NCBI GenBank assembly: GCA_965237955.1
Contig: OZ250169.1
Span: forward strand, 4,896,001 to 4,960,000
Length of the DNA: 64,000 nt
Direction of reading: 5' to 3'
From: Candidatus Marinacidobacterales bacterium
GTDB taxonomy: Bacteria; Acidobacteriota; Vicinamibacteria; Marinacidobacterales; SMYC01
A model generated the notes under the pieces. The model searched no databases. It was not told where the DNA came from and saw only the letters and a program-made list of their open reading frames with translations. Shown piece by piece: positions 20,179 to 29,903 of the stretch. The translations under genes and the position numbers were made by a program. How positions within the stretch are numbered: position 1 is the stretch's first letter; every line of letters starts with the position of its first letter.

Positions 20179-21198
20179 ATGCTTTTGCCCTTTTTTCGCT
20201 GTCTCGCCTCGGTGTTCAAGTCTCGTCGCGAGCTAGCCCTCGAAAATCTCGCACTACGGCAGCAGCTCGCCGTCCTCCGTCGTCCCGTGAAACGCCCCCG
20301 CTTGTCGGACTTCGACCGCGGGTTTTGGGTCCTCTTATCCAGGATTTGGAAGGACTGGAGGCGGTCGCTGGTCCTCGTGAAACCGGAGACAGTTATCCGT
20401 TGGCACCGCTCAGGTTTCAGACGCTATTGGACATGGAAGAGCGGGAGGCGTCGGCCCGGTCGACCCGCCGTCGCTCCCGAGGTACGCGCACTGATCCGGA
20501 AGATGAGCGAGGCCAATCCTCTCTGGGGAGCTCCCCGCGTGCATGGCGAGCTGGTGAAGCTTGGTATATCCATTTCCCAGGCCGCGGTGTCCAAGTACAT
20601 GGTTCGCCACCTGAAGCCACCGTCCCAGACCTGGCGGAGCTTTCTCGATAATCATGTGAAGGACTTGGTGTCCGTCGACTTCTTTATCTTGCCGACTGCA
20701 ACCTTCCGGGTTCCGTTCGTCTTCATCCTCCTCTGTCACGATCGTCGCCGTATCGTTCATTTCAATGTCACGGAACATCCATCTGCCGAGTGGACGGCGC
20801 AGCAAATGGTTGACGCCTTTCCTTGGGACACGGCGCCTCGTTACCTGCTGCGGGACCGAGATCAAATCTACGGAGGCTACTTCGACCGGCGTGTCGCGGG
20901 GCTCGAGATCGAGCAGGTTCTGACGGCGCCACGTTCGCCGTGGCAAAACCCGTTCGTCGAAAGGCTCATCGGATCGATTCGTCGTGAATGTCTCGACCAC
21001 ATGATTATCCTGGGCGAGCGGCACCTGAGGCGAATCCTTAGAGACTACACTGGCTACTATCATTCTTGCCGGACGCACTTGTCGCTCGAGAAGGATGCGC
21101 CCGACTCTAGGCCGGTGGAGCCTCTCGCCATGGGTAAAGTGAGTGCCATTCCGAAGGTAGGTGGCCTCCATCACCGATATACCCGACTCGCCGCCTGA
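20179..21198 (+). CDS. Integrase-core (rve) transposase
   Basis: LENLALRQQL, WGAPRVHGEL, VDFF, LRDRD, PWQNPFVER, ECLDH, GGLHH. Confidence 0.85.
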   Translation: MLLPFFRCLASVFKSRRELALENLALRQQLAVLRRPVKRPRLSDFDRGFWVLLSRIWKDWRRSLVLVKPETVIRWHRSGFRRYWTWKSGRRRPGRPAVAPEVRALIRKMSEANPLWGAPRVHGELVKLGISISQAAVSKYMVRHLKPPSQTWRSFLDNHVKDLVSVDFFILPTATFRVPFVFILLCHDRRRIVHFNVTEHPSAEWTAQQMVDAFPWDTAPRYLLRDRDQIYGGYFDRRVAGLEIEQVLTAPRSPWQNPFVERLIGSIRRECLDHMIILGERHLRRILRDYTGYYHSCRTHLSLEKDAPDSRPVEPLAMGKVSAIPKVGGLHHRYTRLAA

Positions 21199-21251
21199 GC
21201 TCACCAGGACTCCCCCCCGAGGACTCTCACGCGAGTAGAGCCTCCTCGTTT

Positions 21252-21854
21252 TGTATTGGTTCAGCGTGAAGATGACAGCGAGGTTGGACGTTAACGCAAC
21301 GCCCGGCGGCAGGATGTCCCCTATCGCCCCAGGGATCGTACCAGAGTGCTCGGGGGCGTCAAGGGTAAAGCGCGCTGCGCGCGCCGGCTTCGCCGCCCTT
21401 GACGCCCCCTGCGCTCTCTGGTACTCAATGCTTGTGGGCGAGAGGGAACGGAGTGGGGCTCCTGGGATCAGAGTGTTCATGCGGGCACCTTGTTCGCACG
21501 GCGCTCACGCCGCAGCTTCCGAGCCTGCTCGAGTTTGCGGTCTCGCTCCGACCAGATCTGGGTGGCCTTGCCATCCATGAAGTCCAGCGGCGCAATGTAG
21601 CCGATCGCGCTGTGCAGGCGAACCCCGTTGTAATATTCGACGAATCGTTCCATCAAGCGGCGAGCCTCTTCGAGGCTCGTGGGGCTGGCAGGACGCAGAG
21701 CGTCCGATTTTATCGTCTTGTGCCAACGCTCGATCTTCCCGTTCGATTGCGGGTAGTACGGCGCGGTCCTCACGTGCGTCATCCCTGAGATGCGGATGAA
21801 TGCCTTGAAGTCCTTCGCGATGTACTGCGGACCGTTGTCCGAGATGATTCGAGG
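21252..21854 (-). mobile_element. Partial second copy of the IS3 element (right end plus 3' part of orfB)
   Basis: Near-identical reverse complement of ~13558-14163; no left end. Confidence 0.9.
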
Positions 21855-21990
21855 TTTCACCCACTACCACGTCGTATTCCGAAACGCCTGGTGCGCCAGG
21901 AGGCCCCTCAGGGCCCGGCGGTCCGGTACAGCCTCCTGCGGATAGCGCCGCCACCACCAGGATCGCCAATCCAAGTCTCTGATTTCTCAT
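21855..21990 (-). pseudogene. N-terminus of a collagen-like lipoprotein, truncated at the IS3 fragment
   Basis: MRNQRLGLAILVVAALSAGGC-TGPPGPEGPPGAPG; RBS AAGGAG. Confidence 0.55.
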
Positions 21991-22027
21991 ATTCACTCCT
22001 TTCAATCGCTCCGAGATAGATGAACGC

Positions 22028-22381
22028 TCAGACGTCGCATTGACCATCGTAGGACGCCACTCGGCGCGGTAATTTGTCGCCCTCGAACACAGACAAGCGT
22101 ATTGCACAGCAGGCCTCGTAACAACGCTCGTCCGGGGCCCATTGAACGAATGTGCGTGTGACATTGTCATTGTCGAACCGAAACGAGTATTGCCGCTGAA
22201 TCATCCAGAACTGGCGTTCCTCTTCCGAGAGTACATCCCACCGGTCACGAAAGGCCGGCGCCCGGAGCGGTATTGACTGCGTCGCCTTTGGAACACCATT
22301 CGCGTCCGGCCTGGGAGCAGGACGATCGCATGCCACCGCCCAAGCTAGAAAGGGTGCGGTCAGCAGGATAGAAGGCCTCAT
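22028..22381 (-). CDS. Hypothetical lipoprotein
   Basis: Lipobox-like AVAC; starts just downstream of the attC site. Confidence 0.5.
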   Translation of the reverse strand: MRPSILLTAPFLAWAVACDRPAPRPDANGVPKATQSIPLRAPAFRDRWDVLSEEERQFWMIQRQYSFRFDNDNVTRTFVQWAPDERCYEACCAIRLSVFEGDKLPRRVASYDGQCDV

Positions 22382-22412
22382 GGTCACATTCACTGTGTCT
22401 ACGCAAAGAGAC

Positions 22413-22518
22413 GACGAACGTGCTGCTGAGCTGCGGCCGGCTTCGTTGAAGATGATGTAGATCTGAATCGTTGGTCGAGCCGTAGGTGCCGGCCGTCGGC
22501 TCCAGCGAATGGTTCTGC
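22413..22518 (-). other. Integron attC-like recombination site
   Basis: Minus strand: R'' GCAGAAC, 5 nt, L'' GCTGGAGC, CGAC with extrahelical base, stem, L' GCTCAGC, 5 nt, R' GTTCGTC. Confidence 0.7.
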
Positions 22519-22553
22519 GGCCCCTTAGTACGAACAACCTGTTTCCAATGTGA

Positions 22554-23504
22554 TCAGAATCTACGGGAGGAAGTCGCAGAAAGTACGAAATCTCGGATGT
22601 CCCTGAGGGCGTCCTCCCGAAAGATGCTGTTTCCTTCTCCTGTGGGTGATTCAAGTGCATGCCCGGAGCCCTCGTAAATTCTTACATCAATGTTCGGCTT
22701 GCCAAGGGATCGCAAGATCTCAGCGCTCTCGCTCGAGGGCACGTTTGTATCCAGCTCGCCGTACAAGACCAAGGACTCGATGGAAAGCCTTTGCCAATAG
22801 GGGACAGCATCAAAGTTTCCGATGGAATCCCAGAACACTTTTTGACGGACGTTGATGATCATCCAGGATGATGGGTAAGCGAGCAAGTCCGATAAGCCGG
22901 GCAGGAAGCCTATTTCCCTAAGATTGTGGGTTTCCTCGTACACCAGTTGATCGTGCATCGGAAGCGCTCCGCCTACTACGTTCACTAAGAAGGTGACGTC
23001 TGGCGATTCAGTTGCGACGAGAGGAGCGAAGTGCCCTCCCTGGCTCATACCGATTATTCCAATATTGGAGACAGCCACCTCATCTTGACTTTTAAGAAAA
23101 GATACAGCTGCCAAGGTGTCAGTGGCGAGATCAACAAAGCTTGCCGTACGCCAGTCACCTTCGGATTGTTCCGATCCACGTTTGTCTGGAAGAAGAACCA
23201 CAACGCCGTTTTCTTGCAGAGACTGGGTCAGTGTGAGATACCAGCCGCTATCGCGACGGCTGGTGCCGGACCCATGGACGATCACAGCCGCGGGGAACGG
23301 GCCCTCTCCTTCAGGAACGAACAACATGCCCGCTAGCTCCAAGTCCTGCGCGGTGTTCTGAAAGCTGATCTCCTGATAACTCGTATCGTTAAGCTCGACC
23401 CACTCGAAGCTCCGCCGTTCTGGTTTGGCGAACTGGGTAACCAGGATAGGGATAATGAGTAGAGCAAGGAACCCGAGCAATAATACTGTTATGTATCTCT
23501 TCAT
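22554..23504 (-). CDS. Alpha/beta hydrolase (S9-like) with N-terminal membrane anchor
   Basis: HGSG, DKRG, GMSQGG nucleophile elbow, GELDTNV, GSGH; lower GC than the flanks. Confidence 0.85.
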   Translation of the reverse strand: MKRYITVLLLGFLALLIIPILVTQFAKPERRSFEWVELNDTSYQEISFQNTAQDLELAGMLFVPEGEGPFPAAVIVHGSGTSRRDSGWYLTLTQSLQENGVVVLLPDKRGSEQSEGDWRTASFVDLATDTLAAVSFLKSQDEVAVSNIGIIGMSQGGHFAPLVATESPDVTFLVNVVGGALPMHDQLVYEETHNLREIGFLPGLSDLLAYPSSWMIINVRQKVFWDSIGNFDAVPYWQRLSIESLVLYGELDTNVPSSESAEILRSLGKPNIDVRIYEGSGHALESPTGEGNSIFREDALRDIRDFVLSATSSRRF

Positions 23505-23527
23505 CGCATCGGTGCTCCAACCCGTCG

Positions 23528-24840
23528 TGTCCAAAAACTGAAACGGCCTGAATGGCAGCTCGAACACCTGTCTGCGAGACGGCTGAGCCGCGGCTGGAAC
23601 CGTTGCCCTTGTGCAGATCGGAGCCGAGCAAACTTGCCGCGATGGAGGCGCCAAGCGTTACGCGGCCTCACGGTAATAGTATTTGAGTAGTCCACCCAAG
23701 CGCTGGCGACACCGGACGGGGCCTTGACGCTCTCCGATGCGCTTTTCGGGCTCGATCAACGCGTTACCCAACCCTTGATGGTTGCGCTCTCCATGATAAT
23801 GACGAACGAACTCGGTGACGGCACGCCACAGCGATTGCTCACCGAAGAAGATCATCCGGTCCAGACACTCGCTTTTGATGGAAAGAACGAAGCGTTCGAT
23901 ATACGCGTTCAGATTTGGGGAGCGCGGTGGCAGTCGAACAACTCGAGTTCCAGCAGCCTCCAGCAGACTGCGAAATCCCTCGGCGAATTTCTTATCCCGG
24001 TCCATGATAAGGAATCGCTTGCCGAGCAAGAAGCCGTCGACCGGGTCAGTAAGGTTCCGACCGACCTGCATCATGAACGCGCTGTCAGGACCGGGAGATA
24101 TTCCCGCAATGTGCACTCTTCGCGAGGACAATTCGGTCACGATAAGCACGTAGAACGTCACCAGCCTCCCGAGGGTGGAGACTTCGACGGTGAAGAAATC
24201 GGTCGCGGCGAGAGTTTCCCAATGCGCGTTGAGGAACGTGCGCCACGTGGTCCGCCTGCCTCTCTCCGGTGCGGGCTCGATGCCGTGCTCTCTAAGGATG
24301 TTCGCGATCGTGCCCCTGGAAACGGTATGGCCGAGATTCGAGAGGGCACCTCGAATTCGCGTGTACCCCCACCTCGGATTTGCCTTCGCCATGCACACTA
24401 TGAGCTCGGTAATCTCGAGCATGACCCGCGGGCGGCCAGGCCTCTTCCTTTGCGAGCTATAGTCCCACTTTTTCGCAATCAGTTTTCGGTGCCAAGCTAA
24501 GATGGTGTCCGGCGTGACGATCCCGGCGACTTCTGCCAAGAGTTTCCGGCCGACGGCCTTGCCCTTTGCAGCGAGCCGCCGCCGCTCGTCGTCGGTGAAG
24601 CGAAGTCTTGGCCCGCGGAGCCGAGCTTTGAGGACTCGGTTCTCCTCGAGCAAGTAATCGATGACGACCTGCTGGTCCCGTTGGATCCAACCAGCCACGG
24701 CGACGACCAAGAATGTCCACGGTTGGATCGCGGTGTTCATGACGACGGATTCTAGCTTTTAATGGCGAGCCAAGCATAAACGGGTCAGCTCTCAAGCGTC
24801 ATCTGACCCGGGTTTCAGGGTTCGATCGAGTTCTTGGACA
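23528..24840 (-). mobile_element. IS-like element with TGT...ACA ends
   Basis: IRs TGTCCAAAAACT / rc TGTCCAAGAACT around a transposase; no TSD seen. Confidence 0.65.
23658..24740 (-). CDS. Integrase-core (rve) transposase
   Basis: YLLEENRVL, WGYTRIRG, ATDFF, MDRD, PNLNAYIERF, ECLD, LGGLL. Confidence 0.88.
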   Translation of the reverse strand: MNTAIQPWTFLVVAVAGWIQRDQQVVIDYLLEENRVLKARLRGPRLRFTDDERRRLAAKGKAVGRKLLAEVAGIVTPDTILAWHRKLIAKKWDYSSQRKRPGRPRVMLEITELIVCMAKANPRWGYTRIRGALSNLGHTVSRGTIANILREHGIEPAPERGRRTTWRTFLNAHWETLAATDFFTVEVSTLGRLVTFYVLIVTELSSRRVHIAGISPGPDSAFMMQVGRNLTDPVDGFLLGKRFLIMDRDKKFAEGFRSLLEAAGTRVVRLPPRSPNLNAYIERFVLSIKSECLDRMIFFGEQSLWRAVTEFVRHYHGERNHQGLGNALIEPEKRIGERQGPVRCRQRLGGLLKYYYREAA

Positions 24841-25175
24841 GCACGCCGTCACGTGCACTCGCACCAGCCGTCCGCCAGTCCGCCTTGCGTGAGCGCATTT
24901 CCTGCAGGACCCTCGCTCTCGCCTCTCTTACCGCGCTCGCCCTGTCATCCTCGTGTGGTATCTGGAGCAGGACGAACACGGCGTGTGGCAGAAGGGCTGG
25001 ACCTCCGAGAGTTGTGGCGATTCCACCACCGACCCAGAGCTCGACGCTCATGACAACGAGCCCAGCAGATGACTCTGTCCCCGGATCGCGAGTAGCGGAC
25101 CCAAGGACGTTATGGTTCGATAGATCGAATTCAAGCTGACCCGCGTGACTTATGGCACGGCACAGCTGTATAACA

Positions 25176-25694
25176 TCACGTGTAGCCGTCGGACGCTGCT
25201 GAACGGACTAATTCCGCCAATTGCTCCCGACTCGGAAACGCGTCAACGAGATATCGCGGTGGGCACATGCCTTGTTTTCTCATCATGCCTCCGGTGATCT
25301 CGAGAACACGGTCCCATGACGCACTCCCGACGAGCTTCTCCTCCTCCGACAATTCATCGTCGAAGAAATGGACGGCATCCGCCTCCGGCAGAAGCGTCAC
25401 AACGCCCTTCGAGCACACGCAGTAACTCGACACCTTCCCCGTCTCACTATTCTGTGTCGCGGTGTAGCTCGCAACGAACACATCCTCTTCGTTTCGCTCG
25501 TGGAGCTGATCGAGCAACGTTTTCTGTTCGTCGTAGTCCCGGGTGATTGATTGGTATCGCAGATACTCGAATCGAGACTGAAGCGAATGGCCCTTTGTGA
25601 GTCGGAACGAAACCCATTTGTCCCACTGAAGCCGCACCGGAATCGCCGTCATGAAGCGTGTGTCTGACGTTGCGGCCTCCGCAAGCTCGGCCAT
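25176..25694 (-). pseudogene. Hypothetical protein, probable C-terminal fragment
   Basis: Protein-like ORF (EDVFVASY...TLLPEAD) with no convincing start; function unknown. Confidence 0.4.
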
Positions 25695-26483
25695 CTTCGC
25701 ACCCGCGCCAGAACCGATTCGTGCAACAACGCCCGTTTGCCGCAGAGGGCTATCGCCTTCGTATTCGGCAGCTCAGCCACGTCGATCCGTCCTCCGGTTG
25801 CACGAATGCCTCTAGCCGCCTTGCAACACTTGGTGGCGGAAGCACCGACGACGACGACGGACCGCGCGTGCTCGGTGGTGTACACGTGCTCGCTTCACCT
25901 GGGGCTCTGAGGGGGACTTGCCGTGACCCCGATCACGGATCTGCCTCTGTCGTCGTCCACCGTGTAGCGAAGTCCACTACAGTCTGTGCGAAGGTTGTCA
26001 CGCTAAATCCATAGCTCGTGGGTCTTTCCTTCCTCTCGCCTCGTTGGTACGAAACTTGCACTAGCAGCGTGCATGGTGCCCGAGGAACAGACGCGCCGAG
26101 GATGGCGAGCATCGTGTCGATCCATTCTCATCACCACCGCTCTCGTGGCAGGTGTGCTCTCGCTCGGCAGCACCGTCGCCTCGCTCCGATCACTCGAGCG
26201 CTTCGCTCCGATAGGGCGGAGCGAGCTCCAGGCGATAGAGCGTCGAGTCGACGGACTGGGGCGTCGACTCGGCCAATTGAACCAGCGCGAGCAGCTCGGC
26301 GAATGGATCCAGCAGGAGATGCGACGCGCCAACCCGAGGCTCGAGATCGTCGAGGCGCGTGCCTACAGCCGTCTGTTGCTCGAAATCACCGACAAGTACA
26401 CCTCCGTCGATCCGCTCTTTCTGCTGGCGGTCGGTGTCGTAGAAAGTCATTTCGACACCCGGGCCACGAGTCAGGCCAAAGCG

Positions 26484-26640
26484 TGCGTATTCCGGGGCAT
26501 CGTGAACGCAGATTCCAGCCGAAGGTGAACATCCATTCCAAAGCATCGTGAACACGGATTCCGGGGATCGTGAACATCGATTCCGGGGAAGGTGAACACG
26601 GATTCCAGGCAACGTGAACGCCGGTTCCGGCATCGCGAAC
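26484..26640 (+). repeat. IS21 left-end tandem transposase-binding repeats (~22-23 bp period)
   Basis: About 7 units of GTGAAC-N4-TTCC. Confidence 0.85.
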
Positions 26641-26703
26641 GCTCATCGATAGCACGTTTCAAGGCAACTCTAGGTCGTACCCGGAAGGAGGACGATCTAG
26701 GAA

Positions 26704-28260
26704 ATGGCAGCTAAGAGGTTATCGATGAGAAAAATACGAGAGGTTCTAAGGTTAAAGTACGAGCTGGGTTTTACTCACCGCATGATCGCAAAGGCACTTC
26801 GCGTGGCGGTTGGAACGGTGAGTGAGTACCTGGCCAAGGCGAAGAAGGGTGGTCTGAGCTGGCCGCTCCCGGAGGAGCTGAGCGAAGGGGAGCTGGAGGC
26901 AGGGCTGTTTCCGCCGCCGGGCTCGTCTGGCGCACGGCCGGGTCTGGACTATGCCCACATCCACGAGGAGCTGAGGCGTCACCGAGAGCTGACGTTGCTG
27001 CAGCTGTGGGTGGAGTACGCGGAGAATAAGCCGGGAGCGTACGGCTACAGCCGTTATTGCGAGCTGTACGGTCAGTGGAAGAAGAAGCTGAACCCGACGA
27101 TGCGTCAACGGCATCGAGCAGGCGAGAAGACATTCGTCTATTTTTCGGGGAAGAAGCCTCACATCGTCGATCCGAAAACGGGAGAGCTCGTCGAAATGGA
27201 GCTGTTCGTCGGGACGTTGGGCGCGAGCAGTTACACCTACGTCGAAGCGACACTGAACCAGTCGCTGGAATCGTGGGCGAAGGCCCATAAGGGGATGTCG
27301 GATTACTTCGGTGGCAGTACGGAGATCTGGGTTCCGGACAACTTGAAGAGCGGCGTGGATTTGGTGGACCGTTACGAGCCAGGGATCAACCGGACGTACG
27401 AAGAGCTGGCGACGCATTACGGTGCGGTTGTGGTCCCGGCTCGGGTGTTCAAGCCGAAAGACAAAGCGAAGGTGGAGTCGGCAGTGCAGGTGGCGCAGCG
27501 CTGGATCCTGGCGGTGCTTCGTCATCGCACGTTCTTCAGCCTGGCGGAACTGAACGAAGCCATCTGGGAGAAGTTAGAGGTCCTGAATGCGCGTCCGATG
27601 CAGAAGCTCGGTGTGAGTCGGCGGGAGTTGTACGAAAGGCTAGACCGGCCCGTACTGAAACCGCTACCGCAGGAGAGCTACGAGTTATCGACGTGGAAGC
27701 GGTGCAGAGTGAACATCGACTACCACGTGGAGGTGGAGAACAACTTGTACAGCGTTCCCTATCAGCTCATTCACGAGAAAGTCGAGGCACGGGTGACGGC
27801 CTCGGTGGTGGAGGTCCTGTTCAAGGGAAAGCGCGTCGCGTCGCATCCCCGCAAGAAAGGAAAGGGGCACTACTCCACGAACCCGGAGCATATGCCACGT
27901 TCGCATCGGGAGCACCTGGAGTGGACGCCGTCGCGGCTGCTCCACTGGGCGGAGCAGTCAGGTCGCGCCACGGGAAGGCTGGTTGCGGGGATTCTAGAGA
28001 GTCGGCCTCACCCGGAGCAGGGATTTCGCTCTTGCCTGGGAGTCATGCGACTAGGCAGCCGCTGGGGCAGTGAGCGTCTCGAGGCCGCTTGCGCACGAGC
28101 GGAAGCTTTGAGCTCTTACAGCTATCGCACGGTGAAAAACATTCTCTCGGCTGGTCTGGATCGTGTGGTGCTCGAATCGGACGCCGAAGCGAAACCGCGA
28201 GAGGAGCACGAGAACATCCGAGGCGCGGATCACTACGAAGGAGGAGAGTCCCGATGCTGA
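26704..28260 (+). CDS. istA: IS21 transposase IstA (first catalytic Asp apparently replaced by Tyr)
   Basis: N-terminal HTH; GEKTFVYFSG, VPDNLKS, KDKAKVE, YSVPY. Confidence 0.92.
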   Translation: MAAKRLSMRKIREVLRLKYELGFTHRMIAKALRVAVGTVSEYLAKAKKGGLSWPLPEELSEGELEAGLFPPPGSSGARPGLDYAHIHEELRRHRELTLLQLWVEYAENKPGAYGYSRYCELYGQWKKKLNPTMRQRHRAGEKTFVYFSGKKPHIVDPKTGELVEMELFVGTLGASSYTYVEATLNQSLESWAKAHKGMSDYFGGSTEIWVPDNLKSGVDLVDRYEPGINRTYEELATHYGAVVVPARVFKPKDKAKVESAVQVAQRWILAVLRHRTFFSLAELNEAIWEKLEVLNARPMQKLGVSRRELYERLDRPVLKPLPQESYELSTWKRCRVNIDYHVEVENNLYSVPYQLIHEKVEARVTASVVEVLFKGKRVASHPRKKGKGHYSTNPEHMPRSHREHLEWTPSRLLHWAEQSGRATGRLVAGILESRPHPEQGFRSCLGVMRLGSRWGSERLEAACARAEALSSYSYRTVKNILSAGLDRVVLESDAEAKPREEHENIRGADHYEGGESRC

Positions 28261-29012
28261 CACCCGAAACGATAGAAAAGATGAACGCCATGAAGTTGTT
28301 CGGCTTGGTGTCCGCGTTCGAAACCCAGTTGAGCTCGAGCGAATACAAGGAGCTGAGCTTCGAGGAACGTGTGGGACTCCTGGTCGATGCCGAGTGGACC
28401 GCCCGCGAACAGCGTAAGCTTTCTCGACGACTGCGAGCGGCAAAGCTCCGCTATCCGGCATGTTTGGAGAACGTGAACTTCCAAGCGCCTCGAGGCTTAA
28501 ACCGCGAACAGATCTTGAGCCTGGGCAACTGCCGCTTTGTCGGTGAGCGCCATAACCTGCTCATCACCGGCCCGACGGGGATTGGCAAATCGTTCTTGGC
28601 TTGCGCCTTCGTGGAGCGGGCCTGTCGTCGCGGCTTCACCGGATGCTACGTGCGAGCACCGCGCTTGCTCCACGAGCTCGCGGTCGCTCGTGGTGATGGT
28701 TCCTACGCCCGGCTTTTGACGAAACTCGCCAAGCTGGACTTACTGGCTATCGATGATTGGCTGCTTCACCCGCTGAAAGAATCGGAGAGACGGGATCTAA
28801 TGGAGGTCATCGAAGACCGCGCCGAGCGTGGCTCCACACTCATCGCGACCCAGATTCCGCTCAAGCAGTGGCACGAAGCGATTGGCGACCCAAACCAGGC
28901 AGACGCTATCTGCGATCGCATTCTCCACAGCGCGCACCGCATCACTCTCAAAGGAGCTTCTCTGAGAAAGACCAAGGCTGCGCCAAAGGCATTTGACAAC
29001 GCCGATGCATGA
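28254..29012 (+). CDS. istB: IS21 helper ATPase IstB
   Basis: Walker A GPTGIGKS, LAIDDW, ADAICDRI. Confidence 0.95.
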   Translation: MLTPETIEKMNAMKLFGLVSAFETQLSSSEYKELSFEERVGLLVDAEWTAREQRKLSRRLRAAKLRYPACLENVNFQAPRGLNREQILSLGNCRFVGERHNLLITGPTGIGKSFLACAFVERACRRGFTGCYVRAPRLLHELAVARGDGSYARLLTKLAKLDLLAIDDWLLHPLKESERRDLMEVIEDRAERGSTLIATQIPLKQWHEAIGDPNQADAICDRILHSAHRITLKGASLRKTKAAPKAFDNADA

Positions 29013-29542
29013 GCGAGCGAGGGACCACAGCGTCGATGCGATAAAAACGGGTGAAACCGCCAAACCCGGGGTACCAGACGATGCGGCGCCAAAACGACGC
29101 GCGAGAATGCCTCAGGAAGCGTCTTCTCGAGCCAGGCCATACCCCAGCAACCCCCCGAAACCAGCCCCACATCGCCCGGGGTTCGGCCGCGGCAGGTCGC
29201 TGCCTACGGGAGCGGGAAGGTCGCTTCGCGTCTTTCCTTACGCCCGCTCCCTCCGGCACCGACCTGCCGCCCCTTGCTACACAACACGCAGGTAAGATAG
29301 GTTCACGTTTTCAATCAGTGGAAAGGAGGTCACCCAACACTTCATCGCTTCGATGAGCGTTCGGCTTCACCGGATTCGCTGTTCAGCTTGCTCTGGATTC
29401 GGCGTTCACGATGGCTGGAATACGCACAAAGCGAAAGGTCTCTACCAGATCTGGCCTGCCACCGGCCGCTGGCTCGCCGGAGAGCTCGGGTGGGATTTCT
29501 CCGAGGCGATACTCTACGAGCCCGCGAAGAACACCGAGCTAG

Positions 29543-29700
29543 TCCCCTGGAACAGAGGTTCGTAGCCTAAATCTCGGGCCCTTTTTGCGCGCTGGCTTCG
29601 TTGTTCCTCCTCGAAATATTCCAATATGACTTCGTCGTCACGCCTCGCCAGCCCACAAAATGGCGTCGAGCTTTAGGCCACGAACCTCTGTTCCAGGGGA
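29543..29700. mobile_element. 158-bp MITE
   Basis: 34-bp IRs with 2 mismatches (TCCCCTGGAACAGAGGTTCGT...); CTAG duplicated at 29539-29542 and 29701-29704 inside the SLT gene. Confidence 0.85.
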
Positions 29701-29903
29701 CTAGCGGCGCTCTATCTGGACAAGCTCTTCGAAACGTATGGCGACCCCAGGCTCGTGCTCGCGGAGTACAACGGTGGCCCCATCAACGCCCGGCGACTGA
29801 GAAACGGGAGCGATCGCGTTGCTGCGGAGACGCGCCACTATGTCGTCCAAGTCATGGTCGTGCTGGACGGCCTGAACCGGAGGCTCGACCTCGCTCCCGC
29901 CTC

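Larger units (their letters stand above)
26484..29426 (+). mobile_element. IS21-family element
   Basis: IRs TGCGTATTCC...GGAATACGCA; 7-bp TSD CAAAGCG at 26477-26483 and 29427-29433. Confidence 0.95.
26073..29903 (+). pseudogene. Lytic transglycosylase (SLT domain), interrupted by IS21 and a MITE and truncated by IS1
   Basis: VESHFDTRATSQAKA | KGLYQIWPATG...NTEL | AALYL...AEYNGG reassembles in frame after removing the inserts. Confidence 0.85.

Noticed and set aside
25700-26000. Possible recombinase or gene remnant
   Set aside because: No motif could be supported.
26484-26640. Regularly spaced repeats resembling a CRISPR array
   Set aside because: The period is about 22 bp with no unique spacers and no cas genes; these are IS21 terminal repeats.
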